A stretch of DNA of 64,000 bases from Paramoeba atlantica (lineage: Eukaryota > Protista > Discosea). The translations under genes and the position numbers were made by a program. Where the stretch lies: positions 1-64,000 of the forward strand of contig CDRNVI010000049.1 of assembly GCA_977017575.1 (NCBI GenBank). The letters are read 5' to 3'. Below, piece by piece: positions 10,977-21,209 of this stretch; within the stretch, counting starts at the first letter, position 1, and the number at the start of each line of letters is the position of its first letter. The notes beneath the pieces were generated by a model that worked only from the letters and a program-made list of their open reading frames with translations, ran no database searches and was not told the origin of the DNA.

Positions 10977-11375
10977 AAGGCTATGTCGCGTAATGCTAAA
11001 TCTTAAGTTGACTTGGGTTTGCTGTCAGAGAATTTCGGTATTTTAATAATCGGAAACATGATCATGCCTCATATTCGTGACGTTTCCGTTGAAATTCGTC
11101 ACTATGACTTTGTGCATAAAGTTCTCCTGGAGAAATCGGAATGCAATTGCACTTCATACAGTTGACACCCCTGTATATTCTTTCTTTAGGTATGTACTTT
11201 AGGTATACTTTATATACAGTTTAAGTATACAGTACTATCTAAAATTTCTAATCTATATAAGTTTAAAATGAAATATTTTCTTGATTCCATTGTGACTGCG
11301 GTATCAACTCTGTTTTCGTGCGCGCTCTATGATACTGATTTACTCCAACCAATGCACAGCTAATTCTTTTTTGTG

Positions 11376-12743
11376 ATGTCTTCCTACACTCTGGAGACAT
11401 TTGCGGAGGAAGCCAATTTATTGCAAGAAGTCGATGTAAAGACACATGAAGGTGAGGAGCCGCACGACATCCAATTACTTTCAGAGAAGCAAAAGCAAGA
11501 AGTGGAATCCTTCCTCAACCTGCAAACTAGCAAGCGCGACGACGATAATTGTTTAGTGATGTCAAACGCACTCATAAGTGGATGTTTTAAAGCTTTGCGA
11601 CCACTTCTTCCTTCTGAGGACATTGATGAGAAGGTAGAAGCACAGTTACGCAAACTTGGGTACAAGCATGAGAAATCAATACATTGTAAAGATCTTTACA
11701 TTAATGTAGAAGAGATTCAACCTTATGCCGAACGAATGAGAGGAATGCGAGAACAGACGAATTTAAGTTTGTTTCAAAAGCAACATGCGGCATATTTTTC
11801 AGAAATTCTATCCAGCGATTATGGAGTGAGCCACCGAGCTCATGTAAATTCCATCTACGGTCATCTATATCATAAACACTTGCACGAGCGAGCTGGATCA
11901 AGAAAATTTAACGACACGAGCTCCACGAACCATATTATGGATCTCGAATTTTGGATTTACCGTCCTCTTGATTACGGATACCCAAGCTCCAAGTTACTGA
12001 TTCCAGCAGAAGCGCCACTATGTCATGTAACAAACATGCACTGTAACAATGCTGAACTACCACTGCCAATTATTCAGAAAATGACTCGTACAAAAAGACT
12101 GGATGAACATGATATGGACAAGCATTGTGTTTTGGAAGAGCTTTGTGGGTGTGGGGCTGGGATTGATCCAATAAAAATTGTGTTTCTCAGTGGCATATAC
12201 TATACGTGTCCTTTTCCTCCAAGCTCAGCGTCCTATAAGTATATTCAAGAGGCAGAAAAGGCTTATGAAGCCCCTTTGGATGGCATTCCAAAGGCTCCAC
12301 AGGAACTTCGAATACGGAGTCTGCACACACCGCTCTATGACGTTCCGATAACAATGCACACTAGAGGTTGTTATATTCATCTTGCAGGAACTTGTGAGCA
12401 CACTTTTATGATAGTGGACGTCATCCGCCAGCGTTTGAATCGATCTCGCTCCGATGGTCCACCCGCTCATGGTACTGAATTCTTTCGTTCAAAGGCTCAA
12501 CCTATACTGTGCGCCGCTTGTACCCAATTGCCCGCTGTAGTGGCCCATTATTTCGATATTCGCTTGCCGCATCATCCGACCTTACTGTGTTATTTTTGTG
12601 ATAGAGCTTATGAAGCAGCAACTCTCTCCCCTGTAGATATACAGGGCGATAGATTAAGTCCCAGCACTGTATTGCGTTTACCTCCAGGAGAGTTCTTTGA
12701 AAAAACAGTGCAAAACTTTCCACTGGGAAACGTAAAAGTTTAG
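11376..12743 (+). CDS. SNAPC3: snRNA-activating complex subunit 3 (SNAP50)
   Basis: C-terminal zf-SNAP50 pattern: YIHLAGTCEHTFMIVD, then CAAC...PHHPTLLCYFC...Y. Confidence 0.75.
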   Translation: MSSYTLETFAEEANLLQEVDVKTHEGEEPHDIQLLSEKQKQEVESFLNLQTSKRDDDNCLVMSNALISGCFKALRPLLPSEDIDEKVEAQLRKLGYKHEKSIHCKDLYINVEEIQPYAERMRGMREQTNLSLFQKQHAAYFSEILSSDYGVSHRAHVNSIYGHLYHKHLHERAGSRKFNDTSSTNHIMDLEFWIYRPLDYGYPSSKLLIPAEAPLCHVTNMHCNNAELPLPIIQKMTRTKRLDEHDMDKHCVLEELCGCGAGIDPIKIVFLSGIYYTCPFPPSSASYKYIQEAEKAYEAPLDGIPKAPQELRIRSLHTPLYDVPITMHTRGCYIHLAGTCEHTFMIVDVIRQRLNRSRSDGPPAHGTEFFRSKAQPILCAACTQLPAVVAHYFDIRLPHHPTLLCYFCDRAYEAATLSPVDIQGDRLSPSTVLRLPPGEFFEKTVQNFPLGNVKV

Positions 12744-13185
12744 GAAATTCATATAATATACTAATAAGGAAAGAACAGCTGCAACGTTTTTGACGTTCAA
12801 GAATACTAAACTGCTTTATTTTATTGAGATTTACCCGTATTTTATTGGTATTTATATGCTGCATAAAGCTTTTTAAACCCTATATACGAAAGCAATATAA
12901 GAATAGGAACCCTAGCATTTATGCTACAAACCAGGGAAGCTCTTGTGGTTCTTAGAAGCGTTATCGCGCCGCACGGCTATCACCTATCAGGCCAACACCA
13001 GAAGCATAGTCCGTACGAATACCCTCCGAAGTCGACCGAATAACTACAGCAAACATCGTATTCTATCCACCTACAGCATACATCGTATGCCATTATAATG
13101 TTCTTTGTCAGTTTCTATGTCTACCAGCTACTATCTTCATAGTCTATCATAGACTATATATTTTTATGTATTATACGTTGATTGC

Positions 13186-13614
13186 ATGTCTACTTTGCGT
13201 TACGCCGGCAAAAGCGGGATTTCCGGTTTCACAAATCTTATAGATGGGAGCTATGGACTACAAATATCGTCTTTTCTGGTTATCTCAACTGCCATTGGAT
13301 TTCGTGCTTCACATTTTGCGAAATGTCAAAGTAGCACTTCCGTAACTGCCTTGAATCTTTTCGCTACTGCTCGACGCCATCACTGCCCGTCACGCTCGCG
13401 AAAGCCAATCGTGTGGCTTCGGCGAAAACCTTGGTTCAGTAGAAAGTGGAGCATTGAGGCTTCGATCCCTCGGAAAGGCCCACCAACGCGAACGTTTCCC
13501 GATGGCATTCCCATAGTGCGTATTCGCAAGTTCAAGGACTTTTCTGGTCGTGCGTGGAAAATCAATACAGGACGCAGGAAACGCGTCCGCATACGTAGGA
13601 AAAGTAAAAAGTAG
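13186..13614 (+). CDS. Hypothetical basic protein (142 aa)
   Basis: ATG ORF on the cluster strand, with an Arg/Lys/Trp-rich C-terminal half. No family recognised. Confidence 0.5.
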   Translation: MSTLRYAGKSGISGFTNLIDGSYGLQISSFLVISTAIGFRASHFAKCQSSTSVTALNLFATARRHHCPSRSRKPIVWLRRKPWFSRKWSIEASIPRKGPPTRTFPDGIPIVRIRKFKDFSGRAWKINTGRRKRVRIRRKSKK

Positions 13615-13787
13615 TAAATCATGTCCTTGTAGCCCCATTGACATTTTATGACAAGCAAACAGGGATTTCGTACCTGTTTTCTAGCCTTCAATGTTACACC
13701 TTTTCCTATGAAACACACCCTCCTTTTATTGCTCTCCTCTCATAAATCACCTTTTTTTCAACCCACCTTTCTAACCTCCCCCACCCC

Positions 13788-14366
13788 ATGGTAAAAGTAG
13801 CGGAGCGCCCCAAAGTGTTTGGCAAGTGGTCCACGGATGAGGTCAAAACCGCCGATCTCTCCCTGCAGGATTACATCAACCTTCGCCCCATCTTCGTCCC
13901 CCACTCCGCGGGGCGGTGGAACAAGAAGCGGTTCCGCAAGGCGCAGTGCCCCATTCTCGAGCGTCTCACCAACTCCATGATGTTCACCCACTACAACAAC
14001 GGCAACAAGCTGCGCGCGGTGAACATTGTCAAAAACACGCTGGACATCATCCACCTGGTGACGGATGAGAACCCGGTGCAGGTGGTGGTGAACGCGGTGT
14101 CGAATGCGGGCCCCCGGGAGGACAGCACGCGGGTGGGGACCGCGGGGATTGTGCGGCGCCAGGCCGTCGATGTCGCCCCGATGCGCCGCGTGAACGAGGC
14201 GATCTACCTGATGTGTAAAGGGGCGCGTGAGGCGAGCTTCCGGACGATTAAATCCGTCGCGGAGTGCCTCGCGGATGAGTTGGTGAATGCCGCAAAAGGG
14301 TCGTCGAACTCGTACGCGATCAAGAAGAAGGATGAGATTGAGCGTGTGGCAAAGGCGAACCGTTAA
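13788..14366 (+). CDS. RPS5: 40S ribosomal protein S5 (uS7)
   Basis: [75 protein letters not shown]. Short N-terminus as in kinetoplastid S5. Confidence 0.98.
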   Translation: MVKVAERPKVFGKWSTDEVKTADLSLQDYINLRPIFVPHSAGRWNKKRFRKAQCPILERLTNSMMFTHYNNGNKLRAVNIVKNTLDIIHLVTDENPVQVVVNAVSNAGPREDSTRVGTAGIVRRQAVDVAPMRRVNEAIYLMCKGAREASFRTIKSVAECLADELVNAAKGSSNSYAIKKKDEIERVAKANR

Positions 14367-14674
14367 AAAATGGAGTGTTGGGGAAACAAGGGAAAGTTTT
14401 TGAGGGGGAAGCGTGAAGCGGTGTCGATAAGTAATGTGGTTTGTTGCGTGTGATTTCAAGATATGGAAGTAGATTGCTTTAGTATTTCATGTGTTACGTT
14501 TTGATTCATTGTAAAATAGATTAAGCGCCAAATACTATCTACACACACAGCTTTTATGCCGAAAGAACAGTAGTTCTTCAATTAATTTATTACTGAACTC
14601 CTATATGAGTATATTTTATTGGTGCAAGTTCACGTGGATAGTAAGCATATTGGAATAGTCTGTTTAGGAAACCC

Positions 14675-15268
14675 ATGTCAGGCACAGAGTCTTATCAAGA
14701 GTGTGAGAGAGAATCAGGTTACGTTGAATTGCCTCCGGCGTTGCTTGTCTTCCTTGAAAGCAAGTCCTATTCACGCTTAGCAATGACTTGGAGCGTTGTA
14801 TTTAGCATATACTTTATAACACATATCATGGGTTACAGCGCAATTCTTCTTTTATGCCGCTTAATACAGGGATTACTTCTGGCTCTACTCACAGCAAAGC
14901 TATTAGGCCATAGTATTCACTACTCGGAAGCATCTCTTCGTGAACATACACGGCGACTGCTCCGAAAAGTGGAAACAGTAATTGTCAAGCAGCTGGGCTC
15001 CGAACGTGCATGCTCTGTTGCGCGGGGAGAGAATATGACGGATTGGTTTTCTGCGTTTTTTACCGTTACTGGAATAGGGTTTCTTGCTGTCTGGTTCGCG
15101 ACTCCTACCGTTCTCTTCTTAGCATCGTCTTTTGCACTAGTCTATGAAGAAAAGCGCGATCTTTTACAACCGTTTGTGACGCAAATACGGACATGGACTC
15201 ACGACACAATCGGAAGAGCTACAAAGGTTCTTCCTTCCGCTCACAAAATGAAAAAGAAAATGCATTAG
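14675..15268 (+). CDS. Reticulon-like membrane protein
   Basis: Two long hydrophobic segments separated by a ~60-aa hydrophilic loop, which is reticulon topology. Confidence 0.55.
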   Translation: MSGTESYQECERESGYVELPPALLVFLESKSYSRLAMTWSVVFSIYFITHIMGYSAILLLCRLIQGLLLALLTAKLLGHSIHYSEASLREHTRRLLRKVETVIVKQLGSERACSVARGENMTDWFSAFFTVTGIGFLAVWFATPTVLFLASSFALVYEEKRDLLQPFVTQIRTWTHDTIGRATKVLPSAHKMKKKMH

Positions 15269-15836
15269 GTGGGATTGACGGTAGGTAGCAGTGCAACGGG
15301 AATGTCGTTGGTATTATGTAATTTTCGCTGACACTGTGGTTATACATATTGCATATCGGAATCAAGCACGTTTGGTGTTCGTTCCCTTTAAAATTAGATC
15401 GAGTTTGTTCGTAAGGTTAATATTGCTCAAGTAGATAGAACTGAATTAGGAGTTGTTGTGTAAGCCTATGTAGTTAATTTGTTTATAGCAGCTTGATTGA
15501 ATTCGTTGCTGGGCGAATAGTGCGATATGAATCTTGTATTCGTATTTTGTGCAACGGACAATGCATTTTTTTAGTTTGAAGCTTTCGTCGATGAATCTGC
15601 AACATTCATTATTTTTACAGCGGACTACACAGCTTTAGCACATGCAAATATTGTGCATCTTGTTAATAATTTTTTTGGCGAGTGTGGTCGATATTTTTTA
15701 TGGAAACATGTGGAATGCAACACACTTCAGTATAGTAACAACACTGAACGCAACAATTCGTTACTTTTGAATCAGCCACTTGCAAAGTGCAGATAGCTTG
15801 CAAAGATGTGACTTTTCATTTTACGTATATTCACAC

Positions 15837-16811
15837 ATGGGTGATGCATCCACCGGCTTCGTTCGAGAGAAGCTTCTGTTTTCTGAATCTTATCGTCAAT
15901 GGTTGTTGCAGTGCTTTGGTCATGAGCAAAAGACTGATAGCAAATACAGCGCTGTTGAACGGAGGTGCGAATGTCAAAAATGCGGTCGACGGCGCTCGCT
16001 TTACTGCTACGATTGTCTCGTGCCTACGAATCGTCTGCGAAACATAATGCCTTCCGACGGCACCCCGCTACCTTTGAAGATTCATCTTGTTTTGCACCCC
16101 CAAGAAAAAAGAAGCAAGGCTACTTCGTTGCAATGCCCCATTTTATGTCGCCCGGAGGATGTCACGCTTCAGGTTTATCCGAGGCTGCCACCATGTGTGT
16201 ACGATGATCCCGACAGAACACTCCTAGTTTACCCTACCCCAACGGCCCGTTCGCTGAATGCTATTTCTGATCTTGGTCGCTTTAAGCATGCGGTCTTCAT
16301 TGACAGCACATGGAAGCAAAGCGGTAGCATACTACGAGAAGCTACTGTGCTGCATGAACTACCTCACCAAGTGTACTTACAGCAATACAACACAAAATTT
16401 TGGCGCTTTCAGGACAAAGGGGAAACATTTCTTGCTACAATTGAAGCCATATACTATTTTTTAAGAGAATATCACACTATTCGAATGCTACCACAGTGGA
16501 GTAGCGCTCCAGAAAACCATTATTATGATAGTCGCTATGATGATCTTTTGGTGTTGTTTGTTCACCAATATTGCAAAATACAGTTTCATTATCGAATGCC
16601 GGGCGTGAAACGTACTTTTACTCGACGTCATCGGTTGGGTGACTCCTACATTCAAATGTCAAATGATATTTTTGATAGTGAAGAGGATTTCAATAGAAAG
16701 AGTTTTAAGCCGTCTGTAGGAATGAAAATACGAATTGGTTTCTTATGTAAAAAATTAAAAACGTTTTACAAATATTGCTTCACCTGCTATACCCTTCGTA
16801 TTAAACAATAA
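15837..16811 (+). CDS. DTW-domain protein (DTWD1-like tRNA aminocarboxypropyltransferase)
   Basis: CQKCGRRRSLYCYDC, VLHPQEKRSKATS, LVYPT, VFIDSTWKQS, FLATIEAIYYF, YDDLL.LF. Confidence 0.9.
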   Translation: MGDASTGFVREKLLFSESYRQWLLQCFGHEQKTDSKYSAVERRCECQKCGRRRSLYCYDCLVPTNRLRNIMPSDGTPLPLKIHLVLHPQEKRSKATSLQCPILCRPEDVTLQVYPRLPPCVYDDPDRTLLVYPTPTARSLNAISDLGRFKHAVFIDSTWKQSGSILREATVLHELPHQVYLQQYNTKFWRFQDKGETFLATIEAIYYFLREYHTIRMLPQWSSAPENHYYDSRYDDLLVLFVHQYCKIQFHYRMPGVKRTFTRRHRLGDSYIQMSNDIFDSEEDFNRKSFKPSVGMKIRIGFLCKKLKTFYKYCFTCYTLRIKQ

Positions 16812-17089
16812 AAATTAGAAGAGTGTAGCCAACATTTTGCGCATCCCATATGTAGCATTATTATTTTTCGTCTAAAGGTCAGACAAGACCATGGTTTACG
16901 TCCGTTTTGCGTTCCGTTTCTCCGGTGATAATCAGTCCGGGTTACCTTTTTAGCTACATGTACACATTCATTCCTCCCAGGAATTGTCTATGAGGCAAAA
17001 AAATCAGTAGGGATACAACTCCAGCTAATTTTTATAGAATTGTATTTATATTGTGGTGCGTTTTTTGGCAGCCTCTTTTATAGTGCGGT

Positions 17090-18265
17090 ATGAAACGTTT
17101 AACCGAAGCATTCCTTCAACAAAACTACCTTTTGCAAGTCGCTTTGCGAAGCACACACTTTCCGGGAAAGTCTAGAAAGGTTGACTTCCACGACGTCAAC
17201 GAGATCAAGAGGTACACATCAGCATGTATGGCGAATAAAAACAGTGTTGCGATCGACGGCGAAGTATGGCATGAGGCCATCACGATTGATTATCGACGTG
17301 GCGTCGCTCTACTAGATCAGGGAGATGTTCTAAGTGCGAGACAAGCTTTTCTGGAACAAGCGCGCGTAAATGATAACATGGCAAAAAACATTTGGAAGTG
17401 CGATACGCTCCACGAGGGACAATTGTCAACAATGTTTCATATCACGCGTCACTGCTGGAATTTTATATATCGCATTGAGAGCAAACTTAACGAAACCTTC
17501 TTTAATCTTCCAGATGAAATTGAAGCTGCGGAGCCTCATTTTGCTTTAGTTTATCATGGAATCGTACGCTACACAATGTTGCATTGGCCAAGATTACTCA
17601 ATATTTGGCGTCGAATTCGAGAGCTTGGAAATAGAAGATTGCTACTTCCCCAAAATTCAAAGATAGACAAGTTCTGCATTGTCGACGCTGGTGTAGCCGC
17701 GGGTGGAAGCACAGTTTTAATGGCAGTGGCTTCACATCTTTATTTGGGTAAGTGGGAAGATGTGAAAGGTGTCCCTCCAAAGGTTTTGGCATTTGACACT
17801 TTTAGGGGAATGCCTCCTGTTGGAAATATGGACTACCGTTGCTTCGACAAGGTAACTGCGCAGTCGTTGGGCTGGGGTGAGGGTACTTGCTCTTCTGGGG
17901 GGTCGACGGAGATTGTTACGAAACTTGCTACTCAATACAATGTGAACTACCTTGTGGATTGCATTTCTGGGGATTTTAGTGATACATTACCTGCGTATTT
18001 CACTTCTGCCTCGGAGCCTCGTAACGTTATCTTCGCTCATCTGGACAGTGACTGGTACGACAGTACAAGACTGGCCTTGCGGTACGTCTACCCTGCTGTC
18101 ATTAACAATGTGGGGGAAGCACAAATCGACGACTACAACTATTGGAATGGAAGCAGAAGAGCCGTTGATGAATACTTCGCCCTGTCAACGAAGAATTACA
18201 ACAACAATATTCTCAAGAAAGTGCCGTACGATGATAACGCACGTTGGATCACCAAACAAAAGTAA
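17090..18265 (+). CDS. TylF/MycF-family O-methyltransferase with helical N-terminal extension
   Basis: IVDAGVAAGGS, AFDTFRGMP, ISGDFSDTLP, FAHLDSDWYDST, IDDYNYWNGSRRAVDEYF. Confidence 0.85.
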   Translation: MKRLTEAFLQQNYLLQVALRSTHFPGKSRKVDFHDVNEIKRYTSACMANKNSVAIDGEVWHEAITIDYRRGVALLDQGDVLSARQAFLEQARVNDNMAKNIWKCDTLHEGQLSTMFHITRHCWNFIYRIESKLNETFFNLPDEIEAAEPHFALVYHGIVRYTMLHWPRLLNIWRRIRELGNRRLLLPQNSKIDKFCIVDAGVAAGGSTVLMAVASHLYLGKWEDVKGVPPKVLAFDTFRGMPPVGNMDYRCFDKVTAQSLGWGEGTCSSGGSTEIVTKLATQYNVNYLVDCISGDFSDTLPAYFTSASEPRNVIFAHLDSDWYDSTRLALRYVYPAVINNVGEAQIDDYNYWNGSRRAVDEYFALSTKNYNNNILKKVPYDDNARWITKQK

Positions 18266-18744
18266 TCAGTCTATGCAAAAGTAAACAACTGAAATCGTCT
18301 ACTACTCAGAGGGTCGAAACCTGTCCTGTTTTCTTAGGTTTTGCCAGGACGCTTGGTAATTGCTCTAGTTTTATTTTTTTCTTCTCTCTTTCTTCTGTTG
18401 AAATTTTGCGTATTCCAAAATGCATGCGGATTTTTATTGTGCTGCGGGTTATTATTCCGAAACAGCGCGAAACACCGCGAAACAGCGCTTTACGTCACAC
18501 GTAGCCCCTCATGTAAAAGGCAAACGTTACACGACTGATAGTTCATATTCCACACAACATAACCAGTCAGAATAAACAGACATTATTTTAGTCGCTTCGC
18601 TACTAACGGTTAAACGCGCCGGTTGTTTTCAACTTAGAAGTCACTCAGGTGAAAGTCATGCCTTATTTCACAAAACGTGGATTTTTTTCTATGTGGTCAT
18701 TCGGTCATATTTCCAAAGTGTTTCTTATGATAATTTTCGCATAT

Positions 18745-18850
18745 AGTGTACCCCCCTAGTTATCTGTCAACCCCCCACTCACCCCCCTAGTTATCTGTCG
18801 CTTTTCGGCCCTTCGATATTTTTTTTCGTCGACCCCTCTAGTTATCTGTC
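18745..18850 (+). repeat. Three copies of CCCC(C/T)CTAGTTATCTGTC, a probable transposon subterminal array
   Basis: Direct repeats at ~18751, ~18782 and ~18832, preceded by TAGTGTA. Confidence 0.6.
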
Positions 18851-19438
18851 GCCATTTTTCAAAAAATGAAAAATCTAAAACATAATACATACTATGTTGT
18901 CCTGAGAACTGTTCTTTGTTCTCAGATCACCGAGAACACCATTCTATGAACCCAGTTTACTTGAAAGGTTTCGATGAGCTTTGAAAAAAAATCATCCAGC
19001 GAGCCGTTGTTGCATCGACTGCAGCGTAGAAAATACGCTTCCTATGGTCGGATCTGGAGAACATGATCCAGTCCCAGTGATTTTTATTACCAGAAAGCAG
19101 GCGACGCATGCCATCCTGTATGAACGACCGACATGCGACAGCTTCATCCGAGTCATTAATTTCACCGAGAAGACTTTGTTGCTTCGAAATGTGACTTGTT
19201 GCTAGTTCCAATATATCGTATTCATGTCGCAAGTAACAGGCGAATTGATCCTGTTTTCTTACAGAGACAATATCAACACGATTGGCCGCAAGTGCCCAAT
19301 TATCAGCGATACACAGAGTACTATCAGTGAGGTGGCAGTGTCTGTCAGGGAAGACACAATCACATTTGGTGACCATAAGTAATCTCTTCTCTAATAAGCG
19401 GCGTCCATAAGTAATGTCGTGCAGCAGTAAAAACATTC

Positions 19439-20646
19439 GGTCGGATTGAACGAATAATGTACAAAATTTCAGTTTTCAGAATTTTTAAAAAGACGATATT
19501 TTCCCTTCGATCATTATCTAACAAAAAAAATGCTTCTTACTGCAGAACATAATGCGCACAATACACGCGAAGATCCTCCAAAACTCGCTTCAAAACACTT
19601 GCTCCACTCACCCGCAGAGATCCGTTACATTTTTCTGCCAGGGCGCGCACACGCTCATGCCGGTTTTCATTGCTTCTACCAAGTTGGCCGCCACAACGCG
19701 TCAAAGTTCTCTTCAACATGCTGTTTGCTCCTTCTACGGTGTTAGTGTGCACACCGGAATCACTGATCCACTCATTTCTGTGGATAACCGAATCCCATTG
19801 ATACTTTCCTTCAAGAAAATTGTTGTGCCTGGCCCCGTCGGTATGGATCCGCGTACGCGAGGAGGCACACATAGCCTCGATGGGGGGAATTAAGTGTTCT
19901 GCGCTTTTTTGAGGCACAGGCGTGACATGTATCTCTGTCAGCTTGCTGTCACGAGTACATTCGGCCAGAGTCTGAACTATCTGGCTACCACCAGCGCGTA
20001 CCCGCTGGTTTCGGTTGTTTCCCCCTCGCTTGATCTTTGAGAACCACGTCTCATCGACTTGCATAAAGGATACTGTTCCCTCGGCGTTCCGCTGACGGAT
20101 TTTATGAACCTCAGACAATGATTTTTCGATAATTTGGCGTTGCAAAACTACAGTTCTTTGAGAGACTTCTTCCTTTGCAACTTCTGTTCCCAGCATGCTA
20201 TAAGAAAAGGAAACGATCCCAATTAGAATCTGCTTTGCGGACACCTTTGTCTTTGAGTGCTTGAGAGGACCGTCCTGTGACATCAAATTGCGGCAGGAGC
20301 GTACTGGGCAGTGGAACTTGCCTCCCTTCAGATTACACAATACCCGCTCATGCCCACGCTCGCAGGAAACGCTTTGTACAGTGAGTTTGTGGTTTCGCAT
20401 CCACAACATACACGTTTCCTCTGTGGCAGAGCCGACTGAAGTCAAGCGAATTTGAGCAGCGCAATCAAAACGAGGGCAACCTGTGCAGTTCATTGAAACC
20501 TTAGAGAAGCAATACTAGCCGTAATTTTAAGATAAAAATTGACTAATAATCCAAAAAATTCATATCACCCTAGGAAACACAAAAAAGGATTTCATAAAAA
20601 TTTAAAATTATTTAAAAAAAGTGTACATTATTCGTTCAATCCCACC
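19439..20646 (-). mobile_element. Full-length Merlin (IS1595-like) DNA transposon
   Basis: 24-bp TIRs GGTCGGATTGAACGAATAATGTAC (19439) and GTACATTATTCGTTCAATCCCACC (ends 20646), with one mismatch. Perfect 8-bp TSD AAACATTC at 19431-19438 and 20647-20654. Encloses an intact transposase. Confidence 0.92.
19537..20493 (-). CDS. Merlin/IS1595 DDE transposase (318 aa, intact)
   Basis: N-terminal Cys motifs, then QVDETWF (D), IHTDG (D), VIHRNEW...GVHTNTVEG (E). Confidence 0.9.
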   Translation of the reverse strand: MNCTGCPRFDCAAQIRLTSVGSATEETCMLWMRNHKLTVQSVSCERGHERVLCNLKGGKFHCPVRSCRNLMSQDGPLKHSKTKVSAKQILIGIVSFSYSMLGTEVAKEEVSQRTVVLQRQIIEKSLSEVHKIRQRNAEGTVSFMQVDETWFSKIKRGGNNRNQRVRAGGSQIVQTLAECTRDSKLTEIHVTPVPQKSAEHLIPPIEAMCASSRTRIHTDGARHNNFLEGKYQWDSVIHRNEWISDSGVHTNTVEGANSMLKRTLTRCGGQLGRSNENRHERVRALAEKCNGSLRVSGASVLKRVLEDLRVYCAHYVLQ

Positions 20647-20897
20647 AAACATTCAGGAAATAATGACGACCCACATCACACCACCACTCATATTCGTTCG
20701 CGTGTGGGGGCGGATCCCATACAGAGGTGGGCACGAAAATGTGGGGGGGTCAAAATTTGTGCAACTTGGCCAATTTTGGAAAATAGCCCCGCATTCGAGA
20801 GCTTTCGCAGAGTTACGTGTCATGTGATAATGCGTTTCCCGCATCCAGGGGGTGGGTCCACATACCAAAGGGAGTAAAAGTGACAACTGCAGCTAAT

Positions 20898-21119
20898 TCA
20901 TCTATGGATGCTCTGTAAAGTACTTAAAAACAGGCCATGTTGTTCTCTTTTCAACAATTCAATCCCTGAATGTATTGCATCACGCAATTCCCCCCTATTT
21001 TTAGGACATTTAATATTTTTGTGTGATTCAATTTGTCCCCAAATATTTTCAATGGGGTTGAGATCAGGAGACGTGGGGGGGCAAGCTAGCATTGTTGGCT
21101 CCTCAAGTTTGATGTTCAT
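20898..21119 (-). pseudogene. Tc1/IS630-type transposase C-terminal fragment
   Basis: CPPTSPDLNPIENIWG motif. Confidence 0.75.
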
Positions 21120-21209
21120 GCGTTCGTTGGCGCACAGATATACCCCTTGATGCGACAGCCTATATCATCGGCTCAATCCGTAACGACGGATGTCGCACCA
21201 AGTATATTA

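Noticed and set aside
13758-14459. 233-aa minus-strand ORF
   Set aside because: It is the antisense shadow of GC-rich rpS5.
18957-19436. 159-aa minus-strand ORF as a Tc1 fragment
   Set aside because: Only a weak WIMFS..D resemblance, with no convincing catalytic motif. It could be a relic cut by the Merlin insertion, but cannot be assigned.
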